Shown here in pieces: positions 9,493 through 20,568 of a DNA stretch of 64,000 bases; the first letter of the stretch is position 1, and the number at the start of each line of letters is the position of its first letter. Location of the stretch: the IMG/VR virus record IMGVR_UViG_3300027842_000093, positions 1 through 64,000 of that record; one strand, written 5' to 3'. The translations under genes and the position numbers were made by a program. Below the pieces are notes generated by a model that worked only from the letters and a program-made list of their open reading frames with translations, ran no database searches and was not told the DNA's origin. This DNA comes from a virus (Duplodnaviria; Caudoviricetes).

Positions 9493-9858
9493 ATGTCCGA
9501 TAGAGACTGGCTACAAAATTTGAAGGTAGGCGACCAAGTTGTTGAGGATAGACATTTTCAAGGAAGAGATATTTCCATTGTTAGTAGAATTACAAATACG
9601 TTGATTATTGTTAAAAATCCTAAAGGCTTTGAATCTCGTTATCGCAAAACCGATGGATTCAATCCTGGTACTGACCGAGTGGCTATTCACATGCTGAGAC
9701 AGGCAACCCCCGAAGCCTTAGCTAAACTTGAAGAGGAACGCTACCGCCAAGTGTTTCAAAACAAACTTTCCCACCTCTCCTGGGCCGATGTACCACTGGA
9801 CCGGATTAAAGAGATTCGGGAATTGATTGAACCGTATATCAAGAGAAAGGAAAACTAA
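9493..9858 (+). CDS. hypothetical protein (KOW/SH3-like N-terminus)
   Basis: LKVGDQVV...VSRITNTLIIV; GAGG RBS. Confidence 0.5.
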   Translation: MSDRDWLQNLKVGDQVVEDRHFQGRDISIVSRITNTLIIVKNPKGFESRYRKTDGFNPGTDRVAIHMLRQATPEALAKLEEERYRQVFQNKLSHLSWADVPLDRIKEIRELIEPYIKRKEN

Positions 9859-10456
9859 AATGGCCATTTTCTTTGGCGTTTTGTTAATCCTTTCTGTAGT
9901 GGGAAATGTTGTACGAGATAGACGCTTGAAACGTCTGCAAGATAAAATTGATCGTTTAGGAGAAAACTAAAATGGCATGTGTTAACGCAAAAGCAATTCG
10001 TAACGCAATCAAAACTTTCTTCAAAGAGAATGCTCGGGACCCCGACTTCAAGGAATTTGCAAAGCTTGTTACGGGTAAAATGGGCAAAGAAGAGAAAAAG
10101 GCCGATGAAGAGCAAGAGAAAAGCGCATAAGCATTTTTGCTACATTTGCAACCAACCAGTTACTTGTTATTTGGTACACTGGAAAGATGAAATGGTTGTA
10201 GGGCAGCTTTGCGATCCCTGCGTTAGGAAAGCTTGCGAAGGGATGAAAGGGATATGAAAAAGCCAAAGGTAGAAATCGGACAGTGCTACGAAGATAAATA
10301 TAAAAATATTTGGATGGTTATGAAAGGGCCTCTTTTTGGATGGGGTAAAAGATATTGGGAAATAGAAAATACATTAACGGGAGCAAAAGGATCTGTAGCT
10401 GAATCAGCAATTATTAAATGGCGTAGACCGTTTGAAAACTATGGGTAAAATAACCC

Positions 10457-10485
10457 TTGACACGGATTCGAATTTCTGCTATACT
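10457..10485 (+). promoter_or_regulatory. sigma70-type promoter
   Basis: AACCC-TTGACA-N17-TATACT with TG. Confidence 0.85.
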
Positions 10486-11333
10486 GTAGGTAAGGATTAA
10501 AATTATGAAGAAGCCTGTTTATACAATTGGAGGAGATGCAGGAAAACAGTATTGGCTGGAAGAAGATGGACTAGCCGTTACTGGGGATTTGTATGGAATC
10601 TTTGCTCTGATGGATTTAAAAAAGTTTGTAACTGCATATAACACGTTAGAAAAAATTAAAGAAGAACTTCCTGAAAATCCTAAGTTGCCTTTGACAACAA
10701 AAATCAAAAAGTTAGTAGAAGAAGGGTTGGGAGTTTAAAGTGGACCCGCAATATCCAACAAACAGGCAAGATTCTTTATACGACCAGCTTAAGACAGTTT
10801 ATCGCCTTGCTAATGAATCTGGATGTTATGACGCGGCTGATTACATTAAGATGGAAATTGAAGCAATTGATGAGATGCTTGAAAAGTGGGGAATAAATAA
10901 TGGACCGCGATCTCGATAAGATGGTTGACGCTGCAATCGAAGAAGCCGTTATACAAAAGCATCAATACAATTTCGATGAAGAGGTTGCAAATGCTGAGGA
11001 TGCTTGTTGCACCGAATGCCAGGGACAAGCAGCTTATTATTTGCGAAAGGGGAACGTATGAATCTTTTGATGTTGGCAGGGCTTGTTTGCTTGGTGGTAG
11101 GACTTATTAAATTAGCAGGATGGCTGGGCGGCGGGTTAATTTTGGTAATCCTGGCCGTCCTTGTTGAATTAAGTTGAGAAAGGGGAACTAAATGACAATC
11201 GTTAATGCTGAAGGCTGCATCGTACATCAAATTGTTAGTTTTGATAGGTACGAGCATTCACAGTCAGTTTTTAAATGTCAGGAATGTGGAGCGGAGTTTG
11301 TTGAATTCGAGGACTGCGGTTCAGGCTGTTAAG

Positions 11334-11684
11334 ATGAAAGTTTTAATCGCCGGATCACGCTCCATTACTGATTACGAAACCGTTAAGACAGCAATTAAGA
11401 AGAGCGGTTTCTTCATTCATGAGTTGGTATCCGGCGGGGCCGCTGGAGTTGACAAACTTGGAGAGAAATGGGCAAACGAGAATTTAATTCCAGTAAAACG
11501 ATTCTTGCCAGATTGGAAAACCCATGGTAAGAAAGCAGGACCCATTAGGAACAGTGAAATGGTGAAGGTGGCTGAGGCCGCGATAATTATTTGGGACGGC
11601 TCCTCCAGGGGAACCAAAGACACGCTGGACAAGATACAGAAAGCTGGCAAGCAGGTGTTTATTTATGTCCCGGATGCCAAGTGA
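11334..11684 (+). CDS. SLOG / DUF2493 (YspA-like) protein
   Basis: MKVLIAGSR...VSGGAAGVDKLGEKWA...GKKAGPIRNSEM...WDGSSRGT. Confidence 0.85.
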   Translation: MKVLIAGSRSITDYETVKTAIKKSGFFIHELVSGGAAGVDKLGEKWANENLIPVKRFLPDWKTHGKKAGPIRNSEMVKVAEAAIIIWDGSSRGTKDTLDKIQKAGKQVFIYVPDAK

Positions 11685-11694
11685 AATTTACCTA

Positions 11695-11723
11695 TTGACA
11701 AACCTTCATTTTTCTGCTACACT
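11695..11723 (+). promoter_or_regulatory. sigma70-type promoter
   Basis: TTGACA-N17-TACACT with TG. Confidence 0.8.
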
Positions 11724-11734
11724 AGAGGAACGAA

Positions 11735-11944
11735 GTGAGCAGCAAGAAGAAGCATTTGAGGGGGACGAGGAATAAGATGCCAAAGGGTAAAAGAGGTGGA
11801 TCTAAACCCCGACCAGTTTGTAAGAACGGACATGAGATAGCTGAGGTTGGCCGTGATTCCAGTGGACATTGCAAAAAATGCCAAGCTGACTATTACAAAG
11901 AACGTTGGGAGTTTGTTAAAAATAATTTTAAAAAAGCTTCTTAA
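11735..11944 (+). CDS. small basic protein with a CxxGH...CxxC module
   Basis: CKNGHEIAEVGRDSSGHCKKC; the same module occurs twice in HNH 53626..54282. Confidence 0.6.
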   Translation: MSSKKKHLRGTRNKMPKGKRGGSKPRPVCKNGHEIAEVGRDSSGHCKKCQADYYKERWEFVKNNFKKAS

Positions 11945-11969
11945 AAATATAATAAATTGTGGTATTATT
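11941..11969 (+). promoter_or_regulatory. second-class (non-sigma70) promoter-like motif
   Basis: TTAAAAATATAATAAA-N4-GGTATTATT; near-identical copy at 58999, looser copy at 51366. Confidence 0.55.
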
Positions 11970-12014
11970 GAGACGTATTATGCAACTGATATTATAATTT
12001 TAAGGAGAATTTAA

Positions 12015-12698
12015 ATGAAGCGGAAGAAGATGACAAAAAAAGAAAAGAAACTCAAAAAGAAAGAATCTGATCACAAATATTATGAAAGAACTAAACGTAC
12101 ACGTCATCGTAAGCAAAAGAATAGAAAGAACCAACGTACATATTATTGGCGACATCGCACAAAAATATTACGAAAGAAAAAACAAACAGACAAAAAGAAT
12201 AGGGCGAAACTTAAAATTTATATGCGGCCCTATTTAAAAAAATATCGAGCAACTCATAAGTGTAAAATAAAAAAGATGCAGCAGCTACATTACCAACACA
12301 ATAAGAAACGCATAAGTAAAAAAGCTACAAAATATGTTAGAGAACGAACAAAGATTGATTTGCGATTTAAACTTATGAGAGCTTTACGAAGTCGATTATG
12401 GCACGCGATAAATACAAAGCAAAAAACTGGTTCAGCTATTAGCGATTTAGGCTGTTCTGTTAATTTTCTTAAAAATTACATTGCTGCCAAGTTTACTGGA
12501 AAAATGTCCTGGAGTAACTGGGGTAAGATTTGGGAGTTGGACCACATCATTGCGCTTCATAAGTTTGATTTGACTGATAGAAAGCAGTTTCTAAAAGCCT
12601 GTAACTATAAAAATCTTCAGCCCTTGACTGTAAAGGCGCATTTAAAGAAAACGGCAAAAGAGTTAAAAGAACTTCGTGAATTGAGAGGAAACTGGTAA
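12015..12698 (+). CDS. HNH-type endonuclease with Lys/Arg-rich N-terminus
   Basis: LGCS...MSWSNWGKIWELDHIIALHKFDLTD...NYKNLQPL. Confidence 0.75.
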   Translation: MKRKKMTKKEKKLKKKESDHKYYERTKRTRHRKQKNRKNQRTYYWRHRTKILRKKKQTDKKNRAKLKIYMRPYLKKYRATHKCKIKKMQQLHYQHNKKRISKKATKYVRERTKIDLRFKLMRALRSRLWHAINTKQKTGSAISDLGCSVNFLKNYIAAKFTGKMSWSNWGKIWELDHIIALHKFDLTDRKQFLKACNYKNLQPLTVKAHLKKTAKELKELRELRGNW

Positions 12699-13915
12699 TG
12701 GCCGATAACAGCATTATAGAAAAGTGCATCATTCGCTTGCTCCGCACCAATGGCGTGTTCTACGCCAGCCTGTTGCAGCAGATGCACCGCATTCCTTTAG
12801 AGGGTAAAGAAGCTAAAGCGCTTAATACCTGCGGTGTCACAATCAAGAATGGTAGAATCCTCCTTTACTGGAATCCCAAATTTTTTGAAACCCTCACGAT
12901 GGATGAAGCCAGATCCGTATTGGAGCATGAGTGCCAGCACATCGTCCGGGCCCATGTTGAACGCTTCAAAGATAAAGACCAGCACATCGGCAACCTTGCC
13001 ACCGATCTTGCTCAGAATCAATTTATCACTGGGCTCCCCAAAGATTGTGTCACCCTCGACAAATTCCCCAAAGAATGGAAGTTGAAAGAGAAAGAATCCG
13101 CTGAGTATTATTACGATGAAATGATGAAACACTCTAATAAAATTACAGTTTCCAAAAACCCCGATGGGTCCTACCACGTTAAAATTACCGATCCTAAAGG
13201 CAAAACAATTTCCGAATTTGATGTGAACGACATGGATGGTAGTGAGTGGAAAGATGCCGACTCCTCAGAGTTTTCCAAAGAGGTGGTTCGACAGGCCGTT
13301 AAAGAAGCTGTTGACCAAATGAAACGCAGTCAGGGCTCTCTCCCAGCCGGACTTGAAATGTCTGTTAATGAAATTCTTCAACCTCCCAAGATTTCCTGGA
13401 ACCAACTCCTCAGACAGTATGTTGCCGCTTCGATTAAGTCCGGGAGTAGGCAGAGTTGGAAAAAACCTAACAGGCGATTTGGGGCAACACAGAAGGGTCG
13501 CATTGCCGACCACATAATTGCCATTTCAGTTGGGTTGGATACGAGCGGTTCAATTGGGCCGGAAGATTACAAGATATTTTTCTCGGAGTTAAAGAGTATC
13601 CAGGAATGCTATAAAGCGGATATCAACGTGATTGAGTGTGATGCTGATGTGCAACGGCACTACAAACTGAATCGGTACAAGAAGGGGAACCGTAACGTTA
13701 AGGGCGGAGGCGGGACGGATTTTCGACCAGTCTTCGATTACATTAAAAATAAAAAGATTCGTACCGATGTGCTTGTATTTTTCACTGACATGTGGGGGAG
13801 TTTTCCTAAAGAGAAATACGCATTCAAAACGATTTGGGTTTCGACGAGTGATGTGAAAGACGCACCGTTCGGGCGCGTGATTCGAATCAGCGATTATCCG
13901 AACAAGGGAAAATAA
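12698..13915 (+). CDS. DUF2201-type metallopeptidase + VWA domain protein
   Basis: LEHECQH (HExxH), MIDAS motif LDTSGSI, GGGGTDF, FFTD. Confidence 0.85.
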   Translation: MADNSIIEKCIIRLLRTNGVFYASLLQQMHRIPLEGKEAKALNTCGVTIKNGRILLYWNPKFFETLTMDEARSVLEHECQHIVRAHVERFKDKDQHIGNLATDLAQNQFITGLPKDCVTLDKFPKEWKLKEKESAEYYYDEMMKHSNKITVSKNPDGSYHVKITDPKGKTISEFDVNDMDGSEWKDADSSEFSKEVVRQAVKEAVDQMKRSQGSLPAGLEMSVNEILQPPKISWNQLLRQYVAASIKSGSRQSWKKPNRRFGATQKGRIADHIIAISVGLDTSGSIGPEDYKIFFSELKSIQECYKADINVIECDADVQRHYKLNRYKKGNRNVKGGGGTDFRPVFDYIKNKKIRTDVLVFFTDMWGSFPKEKYAFKTIWVSTSDVKDAPFGRVIRISDYPNKGK

Positions 13916-13920
13916 AACCC

Positions 13921-13949
13921 TTGACAAATAATTTTAAAGCTGTTACACT
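13921..13949 (+). promoter_or_regulatory. sigma70-type promoter
   Basis: AACCC-TTGACA-N17-TACACT with TG. Confidence 0.8.
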
Positions 13950-13987
13950 AAAGCGAAGTTCAATAAAAACGAAAGAGAGAATCTAAA

Positions 13988-15055
13988 ATGAAAGTTCCAG
14001 AAGCTAAAATCTTCATCCGTGCATTGGTCGAGCATAACGTTCCACTCACCCCTTGCCTTGTGGGAGCTATGGGTATTGGGAAGTCCCAAATTGTCGCCCA
14101 GGTAGCTAAAGAGCTTGGGATTGGGCTGATTGACTTGCGTTTAGCCCAGATGGAAACCGGGGACCTTGTGGGTATCCCGTATCTTAATGGGAAAAAGACT
14201 TTCTGGGGACAGCCTGGATGGTGGCCGGAAGAGGGAACCAAAGGAATTTTGCTGATGGATGAAATTAATCGTGCTCCTAACGATGTGCGTCAGGCCGTTT
14301 TCCAATTGATTTTGGCCGACCATCATGGGAATCGAAAGCTGCATACCCATGTCCTGCCTAGAGGGTGGGCTGTGGTTGCCGCTATGAACCCGGACAATGG
14401 AGAGTATCAAGTTGAGACGTTGGACAAAGCGATGGTACGACGGTTCATTATGTTGACGGTGCAGCCGGATGTTGAATCGTGGCTCTTGTGGGCCAAGGAG
14501 AATGTTGGAGAGAAGGGTGCCCCAAAGGTTGATCCGGCCATTACTGCGTTCATTGCCGCCAATAAGAACCTGTTGAACTTGACAGAGAACTTCGATGTTG
14601 AGGTGAAACCCTCCTCCGATGCTTGGACGATGTTGAGCGCTCTTCGAGCGGCTAACGTCATTCCGTATGAAGCTGAGTTCGAAATTATGGCTGGGCTGGT
14701 TGGCAAGGAATCCGCTACAGCATTCCGCAAATGGTTGGATGCCAACTACAAGCGGCCAGTGAATGGGGAAGAAATCCTTAACAAGTATGACGATGTAGTT
14801 GACAAGTTGATGGAGCAGGGAAATGCGGAGTGGTACGCAACGAAGCTGGACCTTCTCACGCACCTTGCAACGAACAAAGACCTGAACAAGAAGCAGACGG
14901 AGAACCTTAAGCGGTTCATTAAGGACAGCCCTGCGGATATCCAAGCTGCCTTTGTCCAGGGGCTACCTCCAGAGTTGATGCACAAACTTACGAAAGACGA
15001 TGACATGCTGATTAAAATTGCAAAGAACCTGCACCGAGCGAACGAGGGTAAGTAG
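13988..15055 (+). CDS. MoxR-like AAA+ ATPase
   Basis: Walker A GAMGIGKS, Walker B LLMDEINRA, AAMNP, LDKAMVRRF; adjacent to the VWA gene. Confidence 0.9.
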   Translation: MKVPEAKIFIRALVEHNVPLTPCLVGAMGIGKSQIVAQVAKELGIGLIDLRLAQMETGDLVGIPYLNGKKTFWGQPGWWPEEGTKGILLMDEINRAPNDVRQAVFQLILADHHGNRKLHTHVLPRGWAVVAAMNPDNGEYQVETLDKAMVRRFIMLTVQPDVESWLLWAKENVGEKGAPKVDPAITAFIAANKNLLNLTENFDVEVKPSSDAWTMLSALRAANVIPYEAEFEIMAGLVGKESATAFRKWLDANYKRPVNGEEILNKYDDVVDKLMEQGNAEWYATKLDLLTHLATNKDLNKKQTENLKRFIKDSPADIQAAFVQGLPPELMHKLTKDDDMLIKIAKNLHRANEGK

Positions 15056-16260
15056 ATGAAAAATAATACAGTTAAATTCGTTTGCTCTGAGCACGGTGTG
15101 CAGCAATTCTCCGCCTTTTCAGGTCACGCACAGTTAACATTAAAATGTGGGTGTACGTGGTATGCGAACGGGGAAGGGTTAAAATTCAAAGAAATTCTTC
15201 CATACCGTGAGATGTGGTGGGAACAAACGGAAGCGGAACGCATTAAGTACGCAGATTGTGCAACGAATAGATGCAAACGAAAAGTTGTGGCAAATTTTAA
15301 TTTGGATTATTGGTGTGCTGTTGATTTGAAAAGAGTTAAGAACCTACGTAAAGAAAGAGCGTGGAAGTAACATGGATGACTCTTCAGAATTGAAGCGCTT
15401 AATGAAAAAGAACGAGCGAGAAATCCTTCAGCTTCGTATTGAGAAAGAGTTGATTCACTTATCTACGGAAGTGGCTCTCCACACAATACGATCCATTAAT
15501 GAGTCTGGGTACACTGCCCCGGATGTGACTCCGTGGGCTACGAAGATAGTTGCAATTGTGAAAGAACACACGTTATGAATGAATGGATTGATATTACAGA
15601 CATGTATGCAGAGACACGAAGACTCCAACAAATAGCGTTAGAAAAGCTACGCAAAGAATACCACCAAGAACTTCGACAATGCTGGTGGTTTGAGGAGAAA
15701 GTGTCTTGAACTGGCTCCTCCACGATACGTACAAGACAGAGAAAGAAGCTAAGCGAGATGGGCACACAATAGTTAAAGTGGGGTTGTCCAAGGGAGTAAA
15801 GATTAAGCCGAATAAGAAGAACAAGAAAAGGCCGTTTGAGTTGTACATTCGAGCAAGTACGGAGAAATAAAATGGCTGATGAAGTGAAGAAGTGTTTGGT
15901 TTGCGCGATGTCAACCAACCATCGATTTCGGGAATGCGATTCGATTAATTGCGAGTGCTTGTGCCTTGAGGAGATTCATGGTTCGGTACCGCTGGCGTTT
16001 GACGATTACCCCAGATGGTTCCGTGTTGTGACAAGAAAAGAAGCTGAACGATTTACTAAAATACACAGTAAGAAAGGACACTAAAATGCAATATCTCGAA
16101 CACCCAAATTCAAAGAACACGCCCAGCAGAAAAGCAAGAAAGTCAGCCCGTAATAAAGTGTTTGTCACCAACGCTGACTTGGCCGCTAAGAAACGAAGAG
16201 AGAAGAAGGCCGCTAAACGAGCAGCGCGATTAGCTGAAGAGGAAGGTACGGAGGAATAAT

Positions 16261-17322
16261 TTGGAGCGCAAACTTGCATCGATACAGAAAGTAGCCGACA
16301 TTCTTTCACACGAGAATGCAGACAAGCTTGAGATTTGTAAAATTCTTGGTTGGAATGCCGTTGTATTAAAGGGACAATTCAAGAAGGACGAGCTTGTAGT
16401 GTACGTAGAGACGGATGCAGTTCTTCCTGAAGGCCGACCTGAATGGGAATTTATGCGGGAAAGACATTTCAGAGTGAAGACAATCCGCTTGCGCGGGGTT
16501 GTTTCGCAAGGGTTGGTATTTCCACTTACGATTCTACCACCACCTGTTTATGGACCAGAAGAAGTTTTGGGAAGTTCCACTGGTATTACAACTTCCATTA
16601 GACAAATTTCTGGGTATTTTCAAGGGCAGGATGTTACCGAACTCCTGGGGATAACGAAGTACGAACCCTACGTACCTGCCCAACTTGCTGGAAAGGTGAA
16701 AGGTTCCTTCCCAGGTTTCCTACGCAAGACAGATGAAACTCGGATTCAAACTGTGCCGGACGTTCTCATTCGCCATGCTGGAAAGTTGTTTTACATTACG
16801 GAAAAGCTTGATGGAACCTCAGCCACCTATTTCCTGAACAACGGAACCTTTGGTGTTTGCTCCAGGAACTTGGAACTTTCAGAGGACGATTCCAACATTT
16901 ACTGGAAGGTAGCAAAGTCCTTAAACTTGCAAGAGCGCCTGGCTAAATTGGGTGGCAACTTCGCAATTCAAGGGGAGCTTGTTGGAAATGGAATTCAAAA
17001 GAACAAATACAATTTGCCGGATGTGAAGTTTTTTCTGTTCAACATCTTCGATATCGACAAGCAAGCTTATTTGAATTATGACGATTTCAGACAGGCAGCT
17101 AAAGTTTTGGAATTAGAAACGGTTCCCGTTGTTTCAATAATGGCACTGCGACATACAGTTGAGGAGTTGGTTGAACTTTCTAAGGGACAGAGCGCATTGA
17201 ATAAAAATACACAGCGAGAAGGAATTATTTGGCGAACGATGGTAGAAGATACGGATGTTGAGTTGGGTCGTTTATCTTTTAAAATTATCAACCCTGAATT
17301 TCTTTTAAAATTCGATGAATAA
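16261..17322 (+). CDS. ATP-dependent RNA ligase (DRB0094 / Rnl2-like)
   Basis: N-terminal HENADKLE OB region, FPGFLRKTDETRIQ, motif I TEKLDGTS, QGELVG, FNIF, REGII, SFKII. Confidence 0.9.
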   Translation: MERKLASIQKVADILSHENADKLEICKILGWNAVVLKGQFKKDELVVYVETDAVLPEGRPEWEFMRERHFRVKTIRLRGVVSQGLVFPLTILPPPVYGPEEVLGSSTGITTSIRQISGYFQGQDVTELLGITKYEPYVPAQLAGKVKGSFPGFLRKTDETRIQTVPDVLIRHAGKLFYITEKLDGTSATYFLNNGTFGVCSRNLELSEDDSNIYWKVAKSLNLQERLAKLGGNFAIQGELVGNGIQKNKYNLPDVKFFLFNIFDIDKQAYLNYDDFRQAAKVLELETVPVVSIMALRHTVEELVELSKGQSALNKNTQREGIIWRTMVEDTDVELGRLSFKIINPEFLLKFDE

Positions 17323-17644
17323 CGGCCCAGTAAAAACAGTTGTTGTACAACAAGGGTTTCCTCATACTGGCCCTCTTACAATTTATCCTGCTTATTCTTA
17401 CAGCACTGTTACAGTAACTGAAATAGTACCAGTATCTAGTGAGAAATATTTATACAACATTATTTCGTGGTGGAACATTCGGCCTTGTAAATACTGTAAA
17501 AAAGTATTTTCCAAGCACAATGAATATACAAGGGGATGTGGGGAATTCGAAGAGAACTCAAATTTGTTTTGGAAAACTTCTTATGAACCGATGGATGCGT
17601 TGAGCTTCATAGAGCACTTAGCCAAGGAAAAGGGTCTTGTATGA
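17315..17644 (+). CDS. DNL-tag family protein
   Basis: CKYC...H...YEPMDALSFIEHLAKEKGLV. Confidence 0.7.
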   Translation: MNNGPVKTVVVQQGFPHTGPLTIYPAYSYSTVTVTEIVPVSSEKYLYNIISWWNIRPCKYCKKVFSKHNEYTRGCGEFEENSNLFWKTSYEPMDALSFIEHLAKEKGLV

Positions 17645-17946
17645 ACTGGGCCGAACTAGAAAACTTTGCGGAGTATGACAGGGAGCTTCCTTGTTTCATT
17701 TGTAAGCAGCCAGCCAAGCCGACGGTTGCTGGCGGTAACTGGAAATGCCATTCGTGCAATCATTTATTCAGAGAGGATGGAACCAAACCAGAAATGGAAT
17801 GTTTCTGTAAAGTTTGCGCTTCAGCGCACGACCCTTTAAAAGGCAAGACAAAAGGCAAGAAAGCCGAATTGCAATTGCCAGAAAAGAATAAAAAATCTCA
17901 GCTTCGGAAGGCGAAGGTACGAAAGAATAAACGTTCAGGTAACTGA
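17641..17946 (+). CDS. zinc-finger protein with basic tail
   Basis: CFIC, CHSC, CFCKVC. Confidence 0.55.
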   Translation: MNWAELENFAEYDRELPCFICKQPAKPTVAGGNWKCHSCNHLFREDGTKPEMECFCKVCASAHDPLKGKTKGKKAELQLPEKNKKSQLRKAKVRKNKRSGN

Positions 17947-17989
17947 ACGTACTCAGCTAGAGGGTTGAACCCTCCCTCGCCCTCTAGCT
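17931..17989 (+). other. two adjacent perfect hairpins
   Basis: ACGTTCAG-GTAA-CTGAACGT (17931-17950) and AGCTAGAGGG...CCCTCTAGCT (17955-17989). Confidence 0.6.
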
Positions 17990-17997
17990 ACAATTTT

Positions 17998-18243
17998 ATG
18001 AAACGACCAGATTCAGTTAAGTGTGAGAATTGTATGTTTTCCAGACCTGAAGACGGCGAAATCCTACGTTGTAAAAGATTTCCCCCTGTTATGTTTCCAG
18101 AAGGCCAAAATTTTAGTTGGAAACATCCATGGGTGAATCCAAATAGTTATTGTGGAGAATATCTTCCAGCTAACAATCTAGACGGTATCGAATGGGTAAC
18201 ATGGAAGAAAGGACTGCTTGAAGATGGACAAGTGCAAAAGTAA
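17998..18243 (+). CDS. Cys-rich protein with DNL-tag variant
   Basis: CENC...CKRFPP...YCGEYLPANNLDGIEWVTWKKGLL. Confidence 0.6.
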   Translation: MKRPDSVKCENCMFSRPEDGEILRCKRFPPVMFPEGQNFSWKHPWVNPNSYCGEYLPANNLDGIEWVTWKKGLLEDGQVQK

Positions 18244-18482
18244 TATCGTTTGGAAATTTGGACCCCTCTTCAAAGCTTACGGGGATCATTTTTATTTGAT
18301 TGAAGAAGTTTATCAAGTTTTGGCGCACATAATTAGTTTGGAGAGTCCGTTCATTTTAGTGAAACGTTGCCAGAATTGTAGAGAGAGAAAAGATATCGTA
18401 AACGTAAGTGGGGATGAATTGGAAGAGTTGGTTAAGGAATTCCCAATGGCTTTTAATCGAGATACGCTGAGAGTGTTGAAAA

Positions 18483-18662
18483 ATGAATTACCCGAGTGAT
18501 TGGCTGTGTATCTGTGGGCACAAGCAAAAACATCATGCAGGATGCCCTGATGGGCGTTATTATGGTTGTTTCTTTCTTTTTGATGGGTGTACCCAGTTCA
18601 AACCAATAGACAACCTCACTTACGTGGAGAAATTAGCCGATGCTAGAACAGCCGATTTGTAA
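18483..18662 (+). CDS. DNL-tag family small CxCGH protein (not in the ORF track)
   Basis: Manual translation: MNYPSDWLCICGHKQKHH...FKPIDNLTYVEKLADARTADL. Confidence 0.75.
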   Translation: MNYPSDWLCICGHKQKHHAGCPDGRYYGCFFLFDGCTQFKPIDNLTYVEKLADARTADL

Positions 18663-18930
18663 ACTGTGTGGGCATACTTTCAGGGAACATCAATGTGATG
18701 AACTTGGAATCTGGTGGTGTGAAGCATATGGGGATTGCGCCTGTGATAATTTTTACCCAGACAGCGACAATAGAAGTGAGCAGTTTGACAAGTTCAACTT
18801 GAATTAAAAGAGGATAAAATGACAAAGAAACAATTGACACTTGAAGACTTGGAACCCCAGTACCGCGCATTCTGCGAGAATGTAAAAGCCGTGAAGCAGA
18901 ATACGTATTGGCGCACTGCATTTAATAAAA

Positions 18931-19404
18931 TTGGTAAGGATGCCCATGGCAAAGAAGAAAAAGAAAATCAATAAAATTCACATTCCTGTTATCGGGAAGT
19001 ACATCGACACCCCCACCAAAGCTGAGGTGGGAGTGATATTTTTTATCGATGATATTAGGGAATACAAATTGTCCGGTGGTGGCCTTCCATCCGTAACGTT
19101 AAAAAGCTGTCGATTTCAATTACGGGTTGCGGAAGTGAAACGTAAGAAAAAATTTTACAATAAACTGCAACCCCTTATCGCTTTATCCGATGCCAGAGAC
19201 TTGGACCAGCCCCAGTCTGCCTATCAAATTCCTCTTTCGTTTGGACTACTCAAGCTGCGTAAAAATAAGAAACGACAATTCGTGTTGATTCAGTCGGCCA
19301 ACCAATTTTACGCAAGCGATTTAATTAACGTGTTGGCAGTGGTAGTTGACAATTTGTTGTACGTTGACTTGGTAAATAAATTAAAGAACAGCCTTGAAAA
19401 GTAA
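18931..19404 (+). CDS. hypothetical protein with DNL-tag variant
   Basis: Ends VVDNLLYVDLVNKLKNSLEK. Confidence 0.55.
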   Translation: MVRMPMAKKKKKINKIHIPVIGKYIDTPTKAEVGVIFFIDDIREYKLSGGGLPSVTLKSCRFQLRVAEVKRKKKFYNKLQPLIALSDARDLDQPQSAYQIPLSFGLLKLRKNKKRQFVLIQSANQFYASDLINVLAVVVDNLLYVDLVNKLKNSLEK

Positions 19405-19422
19405 GGGAACTTGTAGTATAAT
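19394..19422 (+). promoter_or_regulatory. sigma70-type promoter
   Basis: CC-TTGAAA-N17-TATAAT; GGAGG before ATG 19443. Confidence 0.7.
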
Positions 19423-20568
19423 TGTAACAAAGGGGAGGCACAATGAAACGCTTTTTGCTTGGAATTATAGTGGGGTTGGTTTTGGGATGGGTGACAGTGC
19501 CATTCCTCGTAGCTTCTTTTTCAATTTCCCAAAGTGATGGAGCAACAGGTGGTTTTGTAAGCGATGATGAACCAAACATTCGCACGTACAAAGATTATTT
19601 GAAACAGATGTTGAAAGAGATTCGAGAAGTGAACACCCACCTCAAGAACGTTGAAGCAAACACATTTGCGGTGAAAGAAAAACTGAAAGCCTAAAAGGAG
19701 ACACATGACAGATTCTAAATGGAATTTTATTGCAGTAGGTGTGGCAGGGTTAGGCGCTTTTCTTTCCGCTCTTTCACATGCTGGGATTCCTCTCCTTCTT
19801 AATTTGTTTTTCGTTGTGCTTAACTGGTATGCAGGAGCAGATAAAAGAAAGATGGAAGAGGTGGCATTGATAGCGGAGTACGAGATAGCGAAGGCTGAAG
19901 CAGACAAAGATACAAATGAAGAGACTGATGCCCACTAAGAAGAAAAAGTACCAGGGGCGTATTACAATCGAACCTGTCGAGCCAAACAATATTTGCCTGA
20001 CCTGCAATCATAGTTGGGAAAGTCACGACCATCACGGAAGTAGAATGTGTTGTGAGGCGGATATAAATGACGCAGGGTACCTCATCGCCATGTGCCATTG
20101 TAAAGCGTTTAAGGAGAAATAAAATGACGAAAGAAGAGTTGTTTGCCCAAGGCTGGGAACTTATTTATTCAGACCCAAGTAGTGTAGCTGGATGGGGGAA
20201 GTGGGTTGTACATTTGCAGCATCAATCGGGCCGCAGGGTGAATGGGTACGGTACAGACGAAAGTGCGGCCATGAGTGAAGCTATGGAAACGATTAACAAA
20301 CCGTTGGAGGATACAAAGAAATGAAATTCTTAAAAACATATTGGGCACAAATTACTGGAATCCTTACAATCCTCGCTTTGCTGTTCGGATGGTGCTGGCG
20401 GTTGGCAAGCAAGTTTGATTCTATCGTTTCGACCGTTAATCAAAATTCTGCACGGTTGGACGACCACGATAAAATGTTGGAAGAACATGATGCCGCTTTG
20501 GATGAGCACGACCACAGGTTGATACCGCTGGAGACGAAAGAAGAATTGCGTGAGCGAGGATTAATGAA

